Assembly (NCBI GenBank): GCA_963779665.1 | Contig: CAVZYW010000004.1 | Location: forward strand, 98,211-162,210 | Reading direction: 5' to 3' | Origin: an uncultured Solirubrobacteraceae bacterium | Lineage (GTDB): Bacteria > Actinomycetota > Thermoleophilia > Solirubrobacterales > Solirubrobacteraceae | DNA length: 64,000 bases | Part shown: one piece after another, positions 62,873-64,000 of the stretch | Numbering within the stretch: the stretch's first letter is position 1 | How the letters are laid out: each line of letters opens with the position of its first letter | Made by a program: the position numbers and the translations under genes | Notes under the pieces: model-generated | What the model was told of the DNA's origin: nothing | The model's database searches: none | Seen by the model: only the letters and a program-made list of their open reading frames with translations

Positions 62873-63496
62873 TCAGACCCTCCTGAGCAGCCCCACGACG
62901 CGACCGAGCACCTTGACCTCCTTGCTGCGGATCGGCTCCATCGTGTCGTTCTCGGGCTGCAGGCGAATGTGGTCGGCCTCGCGGAAGAAGCGCTTGACCG
63001 TCGCCTCCTCGCCCAGCAGCGCCACGACGACCTCGCCGTCGCTGGCCGTGTCCTGGGGATGCACGACGACATAGTCGCCTTCGAGGATGCCGGCGTCCTT
63101 CATCGAGTCGCCGCGAATCCGCAGGAGGTACTCGCCGTCATCGCCGCCCGCGATTTCGGGCACCGACACGTAGTCCTCGACGTTCTCCTCCGCGAGCATC
63201 GGCTGTCCGGCCGCGACCGAGCCCAGCAGCGGCAGCCCTTCGGCGCGCACGATCCCGCGCACGCTGTCGACCGCGCTGCCCACCGCACGGTCGAGCAGCT
63301 CGATCGCCCGCGGCTTGGAGGGGTCGCGACGCAGCAGCCCGATCTTCTCGAGGTTGGCCAGATGCGCGTGCACGGTCGATGACGACGCCAGGCCGACCGC
63401 CTTGCCGATGTCGCGCACCGTCGGCGGATAGCCGTACTTGGCGGAGTACTTGCGGATGAAGTCGAAGATCTCCTGCTGGCGCTTGGTCAGATCCAT
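62873..63496 (-). CDS. lexA: LexA repressor
   Basis: LTKRQQEI, YPPTVRDIG, VAAG cleavage site, GDSM catalytic Ser, TVKRF catalytic Lys. Confidence 0.97.
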   Translation of the reverse strand: MDLTKRQQEIFDFIRKYSAKYGYPPTVRDIGKAVGLASSSTVHAHLANLEKIGLLRRDPSKPRAIELLDRAVGSAVDSVRGIVRAEGLPLLGSVAAGQPMLAEENVEDYVSVPEIAGGDDGEYLLRIRGDSMKDAGILEGDYVVVHPQDTASDGEVVVALLGEEATVKRFFREADHIRLQPENDTMEPIRSKEVKVLGRVVGLLRRV

Positions 63497-63536
63497 GTCT
63501 GCTTGCCTCCCTGTCGGGGTGGATTGCGACCTGCAA

Positions 63537-63550
63537 CGAACATGTGTTCG
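63537..63550. promoter_or_regulatory. Gram-positive-type SOS box upstream of lexA
   Basis: CGAAC-ATGT-GTTCG, 40 bp before the lexA ATG. Confidence 0.9.
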
Positions 63551-63638
63551 CACTGTAGCGGCGGCCGTGGACGGATGCAAACTCGAAGCGCTCCGACCGC
63601 CTGTGGCGTCCACGCCCCGGGGCTATACTCGCCCCCCT

Positions 63639-63724
<86 letters not shown>

Positions 63725-63757
63725 TACGAAAAGCCCTGCAAATCGGGGCTTTTCGTA
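63725..63757 (+). terminator. Hairpin terminator after tRNA-Leu(GAG)
   Basis: TACGAAAAGCCC-N9-GGGCTTTTCGTA. Confidence 0.8.
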
Positions 63758-63788
63758 GTTAAGGCGGTCTCGAGGGGGGCGCGGGGCG

Positions 63789-63933
63789 ATTGTTCGGTTT
63801 TGTGCCAATGGCACGGCCGAACAATTTGCCGAACATTTCGTGTGCCGGTTGTTCGGCTTCAGGGTCAAAGACCTACGCAGATGAGAGGTCCTTCCGACCA
63901 CCTGGAGCCGAACAAGATGTGCCAGATGTGCCA
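63789..63933. repeat. Cluster of short direct and inverted repeats (CCGAACA x5, GTGCC x5)
   Basis: TTGTTCGG 63790, CCGAACAA 63817, GCCGAACA 63828, TTGTTCGGC 63849, GCCGAACAA 63907; AGATGTGCC twice at 63915-63932. Confidence 0.7.
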
Positions 63934-64000
63934 CGGGCAGCGCGCTCACCGGCGTGGTGTCCGCCCTTCAAGCGAGCAGCCCGGAGGCGCGAGATGAGCT

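Overview
High-GC actinobacterial chromosome segment; gene content resembles Thermoleophilia/Solirubrobacterales (inference). Most of it is housekeeping or metabolic: glyQS, trxB, an aa3-type oxidase operon, alr, nnr, glmS, glmM, rpsI, rplM, guaA, guaB3, a polar amino-acid ABC transporter, rnpB, lexA and 4 tRNAs. Many genes, including essential ones, carry single-base frameshifts that look like sequencing or assembly indels. Best candidate for an undescribed system: a three-gene cluster at 55465-59584 encoding a LeuRS paralog (HIGH and KMSK intact, amino-acid pocket rebuilt, editing motifs degenerate, C-terminal tRNA-binding domain absent), translationally coupled to a divergent threonine-synthase-like PLP enzyme and followed by an SCP2-like lipid-binding protein. 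Other notable items: (i) an apparent VirD4-like coupling ATPase fused to a replication-relaxation domain at the left edge; (ii) an island remnant at the 3' end of tRNA-Pro with an unannotated Xis-like ORF, an active plus degenerate ATPase pair and a lower-GC clan GH-A-like protein; (iii) co-varying loss of the Mg-site ligands in cytochrome c oxidase; (iv) a repeat cluster after tRNA-Leu(GAG) resembling integrase arm sites. All family calls come from motif recognition by eye; no searches were run.
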